Below, in pieces: positions 39,226 to 52,950 of a stretch of DNA of 64,000 bases. Numbering within the stretch: position 1 is the stretch's first letter; each line of letters begins with the position of its first letter. The position numbers and the translations under genes are program-made. Source of the stretch: Perkinsus chesapeaki ATCC PRA-425 (Eukaryota > Protista > Perkinsozoa); assembly GCA_013115145.1 (NCBI GenBank), contig JAAPAO010000139.1:644-64643 (forward strand), written 5' to 3'. The notes beneath the pieces are model-generated. The model was not told the origin of the DNA and searched no databases. It was given only the letters and a program-made list of their open reading frames with translations.

Positions 39226-39682
39226 CTTTTCAAAAGTCCCAAAACCTCAACGTGCGCAACTCTCCTTCGTTCCATCCTCACCCTTCCAACCCACTAACAT
39301 GCCCCTTTTGGCTCTACTATGAAGGCTGCTAGCCATACGCCTAGACCACAGCCCTTGCAATTCACTGCATATAACAGTTACACCAATATAGAGTTCCAAT
39401 GTGTACGCCACAGAGGCTCTCAATAGGATTTGTTCCCATGCTCTGATTTTTTGCTATTGCCCCATTTATTCAATATACGGGCTCAATAGTGGCTACCACA
39501 ATTCCTGGCGCCTCCCTCTACGACAGGACTCCTAGTCCAACCCCTCCCCACTGTATTAAAATACACTCAGAGCTACTGTAACGATCAGTGAAACAAAGCA
39601 AGCGACTTAGCAAGGCTTTTGGTTCAGCATTTATAGCATCCTCTATTAGAGGTACTTCTGGACGTTTATATAGTCAGCAGCC

Positions 39683-40566
39683 TTAGTGCTTGCCTTTCTT
39701 CTTGCCCGCTCCTCGACGTCTCGGTCCTGCTGTCATCGTTGTGGCACCCATAGCCTCAGCCAGGGCAGATGTTGGCCTATAGAGCATTCTATCAACATAA
39801 ACTACTACCCTACTACTCACTTATTCGGTTGCTCTCTTCCAGCCTGGACCCCAACTGTTGGGCCATCCTCACTCACAGTTCCACCGCCCTCACCAGCAGC
39901 CTCCTCCTGCTCGCGTTTCTTCGCCGCAGCTGCACGGCGAGCTCTCACCTGGCAAAAGAAGCCATCACAAAGCAGTGATCTACAGCTCTATAATACCTCA
40001 GCCAATCGCTTAGCTTGTGCCTTGAATTCGGAGGTCTCACCTTTCGCCTGTTTCTCTAGATACGCCTTATGGGCCTATACACACCAACTCAGCAAAGCAC
40101 TCTTTGCATACCGTATCTTACAGCCTCCTTTGCAGCTGCCTCCCTTTCCCTTCGCGTTGGCTGGTGCTTCTGATCGGCCCCGATAGGCGCGATATCAGAA
40201 TCAGAATCGGACCTAACTAAGCCCATTCTCCCTAGCTTCGTTCTATCAACCTACCCTTCAGATGCCTTCACTTGTGGGGCCTTCTTCACCGGAGACTTCC
40301 TGGTCTCCACAGCAGCAGCGGCGGCAGCTGGCTCGTCATCAGAGGATTCCTCTTCCTCCTCTTCCTGCTGCTGTCGGCGCTTAATCTGACCAACCATTCA
40401 GATGTCCAAGTTGACTACCAAAGTACCCTACCTGCGCAACATCGCGATTCCTACGCGCCACAGCGTCAAAGTCCTCCTCCTCTACATACTTCTTACCAGC
40501 TCTTGCCCCACGGCCACCTCCACGGTGGTCCACTTTATTCCTCGAACGCTGATCGCGGCCCGGCAT
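39683..40566 (-). CDS. PDAP1: 28 kDa heat- and acid-stable phosphoprotein (PDAP1/PP28 family)
   Basis: An acidic and RGG-like N-terminus, then RREREAAAKEA..HKAYLEKQAKGETSEFKAQAKRLAEVRARRAAAAKKREQE, matching the PP28 pattern. Confidence 0.75.
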
Positions 40567-40724
40567 ATTTCAGGAACAACTAGTCTACACTAGACTGATC
40601 TATCCCCCAAACTCAACTTCTTAATGTTGAAAAGGAAACTGTGACAAAGACCATCAGCGGCGGCGGCGGCGGTGGCGAGAGTATGGTATCGAACGTTATT
40701 GTTATTGTCAACAATATCATAACA

Positions 40725-41636
40725 TTATCGACGCATACGAGGTCCAGCAGCTTCACCACGCCCTGCCCGATAAGCCTTCTACTAACTCGCCGCCATCTAA
40801 GCTTACCTTTCCCTGCTGGTATGCCACCTCCTTTCCCTTTACCTTTACCTTTGCCTGAATACAACACCAGTACACCACGTTAAAAGGTCCCTAGTAGTAC
40901 CTTTGCCACCAGCGCCCTTTTCAGCCTTCATTCGTTGTAATCTAATAGCATCTTCCTGTACCATATCAACAACACCATCGGGTATCCGAAGATACCTCAC
41001 ATTTACAATACACTACCAGGTCCTCAATCTCAGGCTTACTTGACATGGTTCCCTCGGATATATGCCTCAGCTAGTTTCCAAAAGCGATCTCCTTCCTAAA
41101 AAGCACTCTACAAACCCCCGAAAACCCGAAAACCCGCAACCCGGATCACGAGCCTCGATGGTATATTCCGGAACCATTCTTAAAAAAAGCGAATGATTAC
41201 GCCAAGTTTAGACTTTGACTAATCTAAAGATCCCATGGAGATACGCAAACTGACGGCAATTAGACGACTAAGAATCGCAAGGCGGCCTGCTCTCGCTGTG
41301 CCATTCCGTTCCCCAAGCTTCCGCATCCTTCCGCCAAAGGTATAAACGTTATCATTATCACATCATCATAAGTATATGCTGTGATATCCCGTGTAGCACT
41401 ACTGCGTAAAACATATACACGCCCCTCTTCTTCTTCCCTATCCTCCTACCTTGCTTGTAAGGACAGCATCTCTAATATGTAAATTCATCCACGAGTCGCA
41501 ATTAGCCAACACCCCCGAATACGCCTCGCCGTTCTTCAGCTCAACCATCTAATACCAACTATCACCGATACCGTCCCTCTTCCCTTACTATTGGTTGGCC
41601 CTGGGCCGTCTTGAGCAGGCTCATAGGCAGCACCAT
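40725..41636 (-). CDS. LSM4: U6 snRNA-associated Sm-like protein LSm4
   Basis: [68 protein letters not shown] and a GK/RG-rich tail. Confidence 0.92.
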
Positions 41637-41899
41637 AGTCCCCTGGTGATAAAAGAACCCAACTGCTGCCTTACCATACCTTCGCCCATAGGTAGATAAC
41701 TCAACACCAAACCTCTTTGGAAAATGCTTAAAACGATCTTGTGTTTTTATTTAGGTCGTAACCATCATCGTTATTGTAATGTTTCTAGCAGATATTATCG
41801 TATGAGAGGGTGGAGCACTGATGCCACTAGTAAAGGTAAGGGGCTTTAGGAATCACACACGATAGCCCCCCCTCAGCACCAGTGCTGCCCCCTGCTCGT

Positions 41900-44795
41900 C
41901 TACTGCTTGCCCATCTGCCTGCCGGCTCTAATGACCTCATCGACAAGCAAGAGCTGTTGAGCAAGCACCTGAAGACCAAAATAATAACTATTATAATTAA
42001 GGTAATGAGCTAGAGCCCCAACGGTCCCATACAGATAGCTTTGCTCATACCGACATAGCTACTGCTGTACGATTCCTTCACCGACTCGTCGTCAGAGAAA
42101 ATGCACCTTTGATTGAAATATTACAAGTTGACAAGTCGTGCAGATTTTATGAAATTTGTTATTTTCGTGCGCATGTCTCAGCACTCCCCAAGCTGACCGC
42201 CTTATTCCCGTGTCCTCCTTACCGGAGCCAGAGCGAGGCACTCCTTCTTAACAATGTAGTTATCCCATATACCTACCATAAACACTACCAACCAGTACCG
42301 CATTACCTCCTTACCCTCAGCAGCAGGTGATATAGCATCACCAGTATAGACATCAAGACCAACGGGCTCGCCATCAGCATCTTGGTACTCTACAGAAGGA
42401 GCTTCACCACAGCCAAGCGCCCCATTGCAACCGCCTACCCTCTTCAAGCTTGAGGATGGTGTCTTGGACATCGAAGCCGCTGTTCTCAGCTAGTGTTTGT
42501 GGAATGGCCTGTGGAAGATGTAACAGTGTCGAATGGCGATGATAGGCTACCAGCATGGCCTTGGCAAAAACTTCAACGCCGAGCTTGGTCTTGCCACTGA
42601 CGTTCTTCTTCATAAACTCCATCAAATGGTCATGTCCAGCCAACTCGAACGCTCCTATAAAACCATGAGCTTCACCAAGACTAACCCCAGGGACGTACCA
42701 GCTCCCGGGACCACTGCGCCATCCTGGACAGCATTTCTGACGGCACGGAGACCATCACGGACCTACGAAAATATAGTAGCCTACAACCGAGAGCGATACC
42801 AAGATGTCATTTTAATAATCATCATACCATCAATTACACAGCACACATATATATTTTATTCTTATGGATAAATAATAGCTGAAATTAAGTAAAGACTCCA
42901 CCTTCCCCCACTTACAGCGTCCTTCATCTGGTTAATTACGTAATCATTCGAGCCCTTAAGGAGAATAGTGCAAGAACGGGGATGCCTAACAGAGGTGACC
43001 ATTCCGACCTAAAGATACTTTCTTATCTTACTGCACGCCCTCAATGAAGGTGTACTTGTCATCACCGAGGACCTTCTCGTACACCTCATCAGCGTATCCA
43101 AGATCATCCGGGGTAAGCTGCGAACGAAGTAAGATTAAACCGCCCCAAATCAAGCGCTCAATTACATCTTCGACAGAGTTCACCGCCACGCCGCCGCATG
43201 CAAGCACAAGCCTTTCCATATTTCTCCGCTTAGCTCTGCGAAGGGCCATGATACCCTCCTTAGCGAACATATCCAAGGCCGGAGGGTCGATACCTGGTCA
43301 GCGGAGGGTGATCCGAAATGGGAAGGATAACGGTGCCGCCTACCCTTCTGATTGATAACGACGAAGTGTTTGCCTGTCTTGTCGGAGTCGCCGCAAACAG
43401 CTTGCTTTAATTCAATGATTTTAGCTACCTAAGAATCCCACCCGTTGCATTTATATTGGAATAAAGCCACATGAGGGCAACGAAAAAGAGACCAAGAACT
43501 ATAAAATTCGCAGAAGTTGGATTAAGCAGGGGCCCTCGCCTCAGCCAGCTTGTCCCGAAATGCAGCAATTTTCCCTTCACAGCCCAATCATCTCCAAGCT
43601 ATTGCTCGAAGCCGTTGCATGGATCGCCGCCTTACCTTATCATCCGTGAACCTCCTCTCAGACTCCACAAGCTTTTCCCGCTGCTCAGCGTTGCTGTACG
43701 CAAATGTAGTATTAACCTAATCAACGCCTCACCCCCGCCGGCCACCGCCACGATTCTCAGTCTCACCTCGGCCTTCTCGTACTCAAGACTGACGTTGCAG
43801 GTAAGAATATAGCAATTATCCAGTCTATGGGGCATGTCGGGATGACGAGTACCATGGTCCAAAACAAGACCCTTTACTAATCTAAAGCGGACTGCCACCG
43901 AGCTACAGAGCCACTAAGCCTTACCGAGTCTCCATGGCAAGCCTCTCTTGCATGGTCATAACTTCAATCATGTTAAGATCGACATCGTCAGTTTCAGTGT
44001 GGATCTACAAAGATACTTTTCGAGGTCGAATGATGGCATCCCTACCAGTTGCATAGCTTGGACAATGATGTCCGCCAATTGATCCGCCTGCTTACCAGGG
44101 AGCTTCGTGCGGAGGGACGTTCCTATACAAGATATCATCCCTCCAGCGGAGACCCTTCTCCCTACTGGCTATGCAAGAAAGAATGTCATTATCATCCCAA
44201 CCACACTTCACTTTAAACTGCTCCAGGAAGGTCGCTATCTGCACCACACGAGATCACCACACTGAGTCCCCCCAGCTGAATCACCTCCATCCTGGCAATA
44301 TCGAAGCCATCCGCTAGAATGCGGGGGTGCAGTCCATCGGTGATATACCTATCCACGCTTCGTCAGCAGTTGTCCTGGCCAAACGCTTACCTCTCAGAGA
44401 GCTTCATCAGCTCGCTAATGAACAGTATAGTAGAGGTAGTGCCGTCACCACTGGTGTCGTCTTGGGCCGCTGCGGCTCGGGCTGAGGCAGACTCCTAGTA
44501 AGAATCGTAGGCTTCAACCGGCCTACCTATCATGGACGCAGTCGGGTGCTGAATTTGCATCTCTTTGAGAAGAACGCTTCCGTCCTTAGTAATCTTGATT
44601 TGACCAGCGCCTCCAACGAGCCTACATCACCAGCATGGTATCTTAACTCCATGCGTGCACCTACATCTTCAAGGTGCCCCTAGGGCCGAGATTGCTCTTC
44701 ATGACCTCACTAAGGCCTCGAGCGGCATTGCAGTTGACCAGCAATGCCTGGGTGGCCTTTAAGACATCAGCCTTGGAGTTAACGACGCTAACCAT
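41900..44795 (-). CDS. CCT6: T-complex protein 1 subunit zeta (chaperonin CCT6)
   Basis: [73 protein letters not shown] and [10 protein letters not shown]. Confidence 0.97.
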
Positions 44796-45215
44796 AATTC
44801 AGAAGGACCAGGAACGAACTTCCGAGATGGTGACAGTGAGCTGATGACAAAGCCAATCGAGCTTAAGATGCCGTAAGGATGCTCTGATGGCTTTACGGCA
44901 CAGGTTCTAACCCAGGTAACGGCAATTACGATATATATTATGTATTATAAATAAGGTGCTAGAAGGATCTAAGGTACAAAGCAACCTCAAAGGCCGATGT
45001 AGACGGGTGGTATCTTGCCGTCGCCGTATTAGGCATAAACCCAAATCGATCACCAGGGCGCGCGCGGTTGAATTTTCATTGATATATACCGCATAGGCGT
45101 GATAGGCTATAATGGGCCTCCTTTCATGGACTGATGGGGGATAACGGGCTTTGGTGGGGGGGTGAGGGGGCAATGGGAACGGTACTGATAGAATTGCCGT
45201 TTTACTCGTATTTGA

Positions 45216-45942
45216 ATGGCTCCTAAGAATAAGGGAAAGGGAGGAAAGAACCGACGCCGCGGAAAGGGAGGACGCGGTGACGTTAAGCGAGAGCTTGAGT
45301 TCAAGGAGGATGGTCAAGAATACGGCCAGGTACAGTGGTACCCAAGCTGACCTATTTAGTATCTTACTGTCTTCAAGGTCCTGAAGATGCTCGGCCAGGG
45401 CCGTGTTGAGCTTCAATGCTTCGATGGCGTTAAGCGACTCGGTCATATCCGCGGCAAAATGCGCAAGCGTGTCTGGATTCAGATCGGTGATATCGTAGGT
45501 TACCACCTTCAACCTCCTCATCTCGAAAGATTCCCTCCAGGTTCTAGCTTCCCTCCGTGATTTCCAGGACGAGAAGTGCGATATCATACTCAAGTAGGCA
45601 CCTTGTTCGCCTTGTCCCATTGTATTTAAGGTACAACGTTGATGAGGCTCGGGCTCTTAAACAGCACAAGGAGATCCCAGATACTGTTAAGATCAACGAG
45701 ACCGATCTTATGGGCAACGAGGATGGTAGCGCTTTCTCGCCTATCCACGTGGTAGCTATTATCCTTGTTGTTAGGATTCTCTGATGATGGTGTTGAATTC
45801 GCTGAGGATGATAGTGGAGATGAGGCTGATGCAGGCAACCTGCTCGCCCCTCCTTCCGCTGCTGCCAACCTAAGTAGGCATGGCTTTCTTTAGCATCATT
45901 CATCTCTTATTCTCAGCCAAGGCCGATATCGACGACATCTAA
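45216..45942 (+). CDS. EIF1A: Eukaryotic translation initiation factor 1A
   Basis: [57 protein letters not shown] and an acidic tail ending DIDDI*. Confidence 0.97.
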
Positions 45943-46091
45943 GCAGTCCTCCTTCTCCTGTAGGGTGTAAACAACCTATCAACCGTTTCATCGGTATAAC
46001 GACAATTGCAGACATAAGCTATTCAGTATGCTATTAGGCATTGTGTTGATTATTTATAATAAGGGAGTAGTTTGATACGTCATCAGCTGTA

Positions 46092-48248
46092 ATGGCACCG
46101 ACTGAGGGTCATCAGGAATATATTCAAAAGAAGATCAACCCGATCTTGGAGAACCTCGTCACTCAGGTGCCGTTGTTGCCATTGCCCCTTGTAGATTCAT
46201 CATATCATTTTAGCTACTATTGGAACGCCCAGAGGATCCTGTTCCTTTTATGATTCAGTGGCTCTCTGAATACGTAAGTCCCTAGCTTCATCTCCTTAAC
46301 TCACCAATGCTTTTGACGTGGAGAAGTCGTGCGTGACTTAGAAACCGTCAAAAGATATCTTGCTTGTGACCAGTCACCATGGATTACATGTCTCTAGGAT
46401 ATAGTGAATATCATCCCTACTTGCACCTGCGGAAAATAGGACTTTGGAGGATCGTGACTAAGCGTTACATTGCTGGTGCAACAGGCCCACGTTCCATCAT
46501 CCACTGTTCCAGCCCAGAGCACCGCAGAAGCAGGAGAAGTCGCTAGATTGCAGTCTGAAGTTGAATCCCTCCGATCGTAAAAGGACTTACTAACCCACAA
46601 AGGACGAGGCATCTACAGGTATATCAAAGACCTGGAGGCCAAGCAGGCTGCTGCTGATGCGCCTGACCTACCACAACACGTCCCTTCTACTACGACAACT
46701 AAGGAAGAGGAGGACTCGGCCGATGAGGTGCTCTCAAGTTGACCTCTTTTGAATCTTCATGTCGTTTCCCGTAGAGTTCCGATGACGATGATGACGTTGT
46801 CGATGAGCTTCCTCCAGTCCCCGCCAGTTATCACCACAGAGGTCCCAGAGCCAGCGTCAGTGCAGAGGCCTATGGCGAGTGGAACAAGTAGGAGCTATCA
46901 AGGATGGAGCGTTCGGGTTAAGTTAACTGACTTCAGAAAACGTACGGATTTCGTGGCTCCGGTGTACCCGAAAACAGAGGAGCAAAAGGAGCGTATCAAA
47001 AACGTGCTAAACCAGAGCTTTCTGTTCATGTCCATCGATGAGAAGAGCTTAGATGTGGTCATCGGGGCGATGGTTGAGAAGGTAACGGAGCTGGTAGGAT
47101 TGGCTGGGATGTCCTTGGTTAGGTTATCGAGCCCAAGCAACGTGTTATCAATCAAGGGGACGATGGTGATGTCCTTTATGTCATTGAGTCAGGTAATTGC
47201 ATCGCTCATTATAGTAGGCTTTGATGACTTGGCTTAGGTGAGCTCGACTGTTATAAGAGGCTTCCTGGACAAGAGGAGGAGAAGCTGGTGAAGACCTGTA
47301 CTGAAGGCGATGCCTTTGGTGAACTGGCCTTGCTATATAACACTCCCCGAGCGGCCAGTGTCGAGGCACGGTAGGCTCCGTCATCTCACCGTACATCTCT
47401 TGGCTGCCTATCTGCGCTCTACAGTCTAGTCGCCGTCTCGTGTATAGAAAATGCAGTTTTAATGCTGATTTGGATTACCCGAATTGGATTTATAAATCGA
47501 GCGGGTTGTCGTCTGGCGTCCCCAGAATCCTATGCCAATGACTCTGAATCTGCACATTGCCATCTTCAAACAAAAGTTAGACGTGTTACAGCGTCTACAC
47601 CTGGCCTCTTAGCTTGTCCGTGTCCTTAGGGGACGCTGTGTGGTGTGGCAACTTGATCGGGAGACCTTCAACCATATCGTTAAAGAAGCTGCTGCCAACA
47701 AGCGCGAGAAGCACGAGGCGTTCTTGAAGAGTGTGCCGCTGCTGGAGAGTATGGACAGGTAGTACCTTGGCTCTGAGGTGGGGGAGGAGGAGGCTTCGGG
47801 AGCAGTTACGAGCGGTCTAAGATAGCTGATGCTTTGAAGACCGAGAACTACAAGGCAGGAGAATGCATCGTTCGACAGGGGGATGATGGCGACAAGTTCT
47901 ACATGATTGAGGAGGGCGAGTGCACGGTGTTCAAGGTCTATGTGGAGGGACAGGTAGGAACCGAATTTCGTGGCGCAGTGACGCAGATCGTCTGTGGTTT
48001 AGGAACCCAAGGAGGTTATGCATTTAAAGAGCGGTGATTACTTTGGTGAACTGGCCCTCCTTAGTAACGACCCACGAGCTGCTACTGTCACTGCTAAGAC
48101 AGACTGTCAAGTAAGCCACTACTCTCAATAATGCAGGGTGGATGGTCGTCACTTTACTCAGGTCCTGTCACTCGATCGTCGTAGCTTCAAGAGGCTTCTA
48201 GGCCCACTTGAGGACATACTAAAGAGGAACACTGCTCGCTATGAGTAG
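46092..48248 (+). CDS. PKAR: cAMP-dependent protein kinase regulatory subunit
   Basis: N-terminal D/D domain (INPILENLV..ERPEDPVPFMIQWL), inhibitor site RGPRASVSAEAYGEW and two cNMP domains with FGELALLYNTPRAA and FGELALLSNDPRAA. Confidence 0.95.
47965..47986 (+). repeat. Dispersed intronic motif ATTTCGTGGCGCAGTGACGCAG, copy 2
   Basis: Lies in a PKAR intron. The first 19 nt are identical to 38078-38096. Confidence 0.75.
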
Positions 48249-48543
48249 TGTGCGGCGGAGGCGGTTGCCATATTATTACTTATTAAAAGCATTGCGCCAA
48301 TAGACAGGAAGAATATTTTCATACCGTTTTGTCATCTATCACTTGTTGTGATGGTGGAACTTCCGGTGAATAGTAGCTGCTAATAGTAACAATTGCATTA
48401 ATAATCTCTTATAAGATCTCCCCGCAGTGCTGCCCATATTTTCAACTCGCATCCTCCTTCCAGGGCGATGTGTTTGGTTTGTCATCTTCCTTATCATCGG
48501 AGGCGTCCTCCTCCTCCTCCTCCTCCTCTTTAGTACTATTTGA

Positions 48544-51500
48544 ATGGCCGCAGCTCGGCCTGCTGTTTCTCCATGTAGCCTGCCTCCTGCGGCAGCGAGA
48601 TTCCGCCAACCAGAGCCTCATGGGTCCTTCTCCTCCTCAGCATCGGCCAGCAGCACCATTCGGTATCTTTAGCCCTTAGCTCCGCTTGGTTTAATAATGC
48701 TTCAGGCGAGACTTGAGAGATCATATGAGTCCTCCGGGGAAGGTGGACATTCTTCAGCCTCGGCCGATGAGACGTAATGCTTGCCACCCCGTAGAGATGA
48801 CCTTTTGTTAGGGGTCTTTTATGAGATGGAGCGTCGTCGGCTGGAAAGATCGTTGGAAGGTTACCGTATGGAGCCGGGCTGGGGAGCGAGGTTCGCAGCA
48901 GAACTTGTTGTTGTGTTGGTAGGATAAACCCCGCTTCGACCCTGGATACCTTTTCCTTCCAGGTGGCGTTCTTGCTTCTGTCCAACTCCATTGGTCGGAA
49001 TATCCTTGGCCAAGTATTTCCGGACAAGAATAACTCTGCAGTCTTTCTGGTTGTGCCAGGAGTGGTATCGGTAACGTTATTACCGCGCCGCTGTCTCCCT
49101 GTCACAATCCGACTAGGTATTCTTTATCCTGCTTGCATCTATAAGGATAGCACTTCGACGGAGGAGCGCTTTGTCAACTTTGGGGGTTACGGCATTACTA
49201 ATAGGAGTTGTGTGGATTATATGGCTTTACGACCCCTCCGACAAATGGCCGGTAGCATTAGGCCGCAGCGTCAGCTCCTGACTTAACCGCTCTTAGGCTG
49301 CCTCCCTCAAGGATATCATCCTAGTTGCTGTAGTAGTAGCATCAGTAGAGCTACTGTTAATTCTCATATATGTAATATTCCCCATACCATATCGACCTTT
49401 GCATATCTTTCCAGTTTGTCACTCATTACGGCTATCCCTTCATGCTCAAGCGTTTGCATCCCGAGTTCTTAGTAAAATATTGGTGGAAACTGCAGCCATC
49501 GATCAACGAGGAGACCTTCGGGTAGTGGGGTCCTCCGCTGTGTGCTATGAGGATCTGGGATGTTGGCAGGTACTCTTATCAGAGGTATGGTATGTTTTCA
49601 CTAACTCGGAATATTTGTAACTATCACGGCGACGTCGACGCCGAGGGTCGCCCTCATGGCTTTGGAGTGTGGATGGATGATTCTCGGCATGGCGAGGTCC
49701 TTAAAGGCATCTGGCTGAAGGGTAGTAGCTTTTGAACATGCTCGGCCGCCTTACCGCCTCATCCAAAGAAATCTGGGAAACATTGATTACAGTGTGAAAT
49801 ATGATAAAGCGGAGCTCGACGTTGGAAGACAGGCCATCTCGCCGGATTCCTGTGTCGCTTAACCATATGAACATAGTTTTGCTAGTAGCATCTCATCTTT
49901 CACTCCTTTGCTCTGTGCCATGCCTTCTTATACCTCATCTGATACATCCAACAGGAGGGCTCTGTTATTTTTCTATATAAAATATTCTTTTTTAATGCCA
50001 TACTTGTTTCACGTTATTCAGATTAACGGTAGCTTTGCTACTTGTTCATCAGTGAAAGAATGACGTCGTTGTGATTTAGCTATACTAAATTCATATCGCC
50101 GTGCCCTCCACTCTGCACTCCTGCTTTTGCTGCCAGGGTACCCTATGGGCCCTTTTGTATCTCGAGAGTTCAGCAGTGGTTCAGTGAGCGTCTGCCGTAG
50201 AATACTGTGGGCTTCAACTCGTGCGGAACCAGGTAATGCTCATACCGCTCCCTCCTCATTGCATCGTTCTTTGTAGGTATAGACTGTAAATATATCTTCC
50301 CTCATAGAAGGGATTCCTGCCTCTATGGCTTGGCCTCTGTGGAGTGCTCCGTGTCCGGATATTTCTTCAATCATTTGCCTAAAGTCCGAGAGTTGGTCAC
50401 GCGGACGCCGATCTTCGATGATGTCCTTGAGCATTTTAGAAGAGAGTAATAATACATCGATTGTCACTAGCTGCTGCACATGACTGATAATACCTCATCG
50501 CCTCCTACTCCTGTACCAATGAGACTCACGTCCTTAGGACGTCAATTTCGTAGTTATCGAACCTTCCTAATTGTTGCCAGAGTATTCGCGTTGCTGAAAA
50601 AATTAGTCAGAATGGCACATTTTCCTGTACAAGTATCCCATACTGCTACTCTTTGAAAAGTATATATAAGTGGGGATGTAGTCTCGTATAAGCTTTTAGT
50701 GTGTGATCTTTCAGATTTGATAAGGCCGATGAAGAGGACCTCGCCAATGGCGAATCTTTCGTTGGCTCGGAGAGAGATGCTTGCCGAGGAGATGTAATAT
50801 CTATGTAGCAGTAAGGCACTAAATCATCACTTCAGTGCCCCTCGGCCCCGCCTGCCTTGCGCTTGAGATTGCTCACGTGCTTCGGTGCATTGGAACGAGG
50901 AAGCTCTCAAATGTTGTCGTTGAAGGGCGGTAGAAGTAAGTTGCCTCGCCCACCACCTTCATACCTGGCTTGGCTTAGCAGCCGGGGATACTGGCTTCAT
51001 GGAGCTATTGCCGGCCAACGCCGATCCAGAGGAGCTTCGGCACAACACCGAAGAGGAAACTATGCACCATAACATGTACAGTAACGGTAGCCATTCTATT
51101 GACGATGTACACGGGCATTGAGCTGTTAGGAAATATACCATTGATAAACTCGAAGCCTTCTTATTTATTACCAGTCCGAAACGCAGAGGCCTTAGTCTAC
51201 CTACACGGTTATAACTGTCCCATATCGAGTGCTATAAAGCGCCTTGGCCAAATGCTAGCCCTTGGACAATTCCCATTGTGGATTAGACCATTCGTCTTTT
51301 CCCAAAGTAAGTCCATAGATACACCGGCAAAGTGTCAACTGTGGTCGAGTTTAGGCACCGGATCGGCGCTAACCTATCATGCGGCTCGGGACTGTCTGCC
51401 GCAGTACGCTCCGGACTTGGCAGACTTCGTCCAACGATTGAGAGCAGCGGGGTTTCGCCGAGTACATTTTTTAGTCCATTCGATGGGCGCTAGGTAAAGT

Positions 51501-52239
51501 GAGGAATGTAGCCTTTCCGTGATGTTATTTTTTCAGGCTTTTTCTCGAGGCGCTGCCGCTGATGATTCAAGACTCTTTGTTACAAATACGTGCATGCTCA
51601 TTCTCCCCGTCAGTCTCTGGGGTCTCGACCCAGGGGAGTAAGGTATCTTTCTAGCCCACAACGCACTGTGAAGATTAGGTACTCCAGCAGTTTGCACGCC
51701 GACTATCGATCTTGAAACTGCTGTCGACAAGGGCGATCGTATGACCCTGTTAAACGTTATATTGGTGAATGCCGACTATCCGTTGGACAAGTTCCGCTAC
51801 GCTGTGCTGCCCTCCTTGCTGGAGTATTGTGAAAGAGTAACGGTGTATTCGGATAGTCGTGATGGTGCTCTTATGTGGTCTGAGCTGTTCAATCGCGAGA
51901 AGGCCTTGGGGAAGTTCGTGGGGACACTGTCCTGTGTGGATGAGAAGACCGGTCAGAGATATGGCGAATCATATATCGACGTTATGGACACCACTCATAT
52001 GGATCAGAACGTCCATCAACTTCGTCATAACTTTTTCAATCTTAATGTCCAAGTCGTGTCGGACATCGCTGAGATAGTCCAGTCCTGCACCCCAGCAGTT
52101 AAGCGTAATACAAGGCTTACTAAGACGGGTAAGTATCATCATCTTCATCGACATCAGCTCCAATAGTGTCGTCGTTGTATCAGGTCGTGGCAATGTCTTC
52201 ACATTTCTCAGTCCACCCAGCTTCGTTAAGAACAACTGA
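48544..52239 (+). CDS. Membrane protein with a MORN-like repeat and a C-terminal DUF900-type alpha/beta hydrolase; start approximate
   Basis: Hydrophobic N-terminal exons, YHGDVDAEGRPHGFGVW (MORN-like), ALVYLHGYN, HFLVHSMGAR (nucleophile elbow), YSDSRDGAL and HNFFNLN. A (TCC)n-TTTAG acceptor precedes ATG 48544. Confidence 0.75.
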
Positions 52240-52421
52240 TATACTTGATTCTGTAATTTAACTCTATAAGATAGCTACCATAATCCTGGCCTGGGCTACC
52301 ATCTTTGTCCTTGTTCGCGGTTGCCAAGTGCATTAACTCACCAACTCGCATTGCTTAAGCTACATCCTCTTCATCATTCTCGGGCATTGCGTTCTTAGTT
52401 AAGTATCCTCTACAGTTCACA

Positions 52422-52821
52422 ATGGTATCAAGTAAAGGTCCTCCGGGCAGTTGGCTAGACGAGGAGGCATTCCCAGCATTTAAGGAGCTCCTCAGGGTTC
52501 TGGCAGACTACGCCAAACTAACGGGCTTCCGCTACGAGTAATCCAATGGCATCATTTCTCGCGAAGATTCCCTTCAGTCCTCGAGACTTTGAAGAGTCAC
52601 CGTCTAGCTCTTCAGCGGTTAACAGTGTCGTCCGCGATTATCAGCGGCGCCTGGTCTCCGGTATGGACCAAGAGCTCTGGCGGCAAGCGATCAATGCAGT
52701 GCGATGCGCTGAACAGGAGGGCATTCGAACAGTGATGGTGGCGACTTGCCAAGACCTCGGCGTCTGGCCGGATGATGTTAAACCAGACGAGAGCGCTTGT
52801 AAGATACCCTTTAAGTGTTAA
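52422..52821 (+). CDS. Small hypothetical protein (2 exons; may extend 5')
   Basis: MVSSKGPPG..GFRY|DPRDFEE..KIPFKC* joins in frame over a 40-nt GT-AG intron. Confidence 0.45.
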
Positions 52822-52950
52822 CGTAGAATTGCGGAAATAGTATAATATTACGGTGAAAACTGAGCGCAAAATCTTCGATCGGGTGAGAAAACTGAAAAGC
52901 TTCTTCGGTGGAGGGAGGCTGGGAGGTTTGCTTGTTTGGTATGGATAGGT

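Noticed and set aside
39686-40583. Plus-strand ORFs of 166 and 103 aa
   Set aside because: They are antisense to the PDAP1-like gene, and the low-complexity codons keep the frames open.
44907-45620. 237-aa minus-strand ORF
   Set aside because: It is the antisense shadow of the spliced eIF1A gene and has no domain-like content.
48536-49105. 189-aa minus-strand ORF
   Set aside because: The plus strand gives a coherent spliced model with a polypyrimidine acceptor leading into the DUF900 gene. Probably an antisense artefact, though not excluded.
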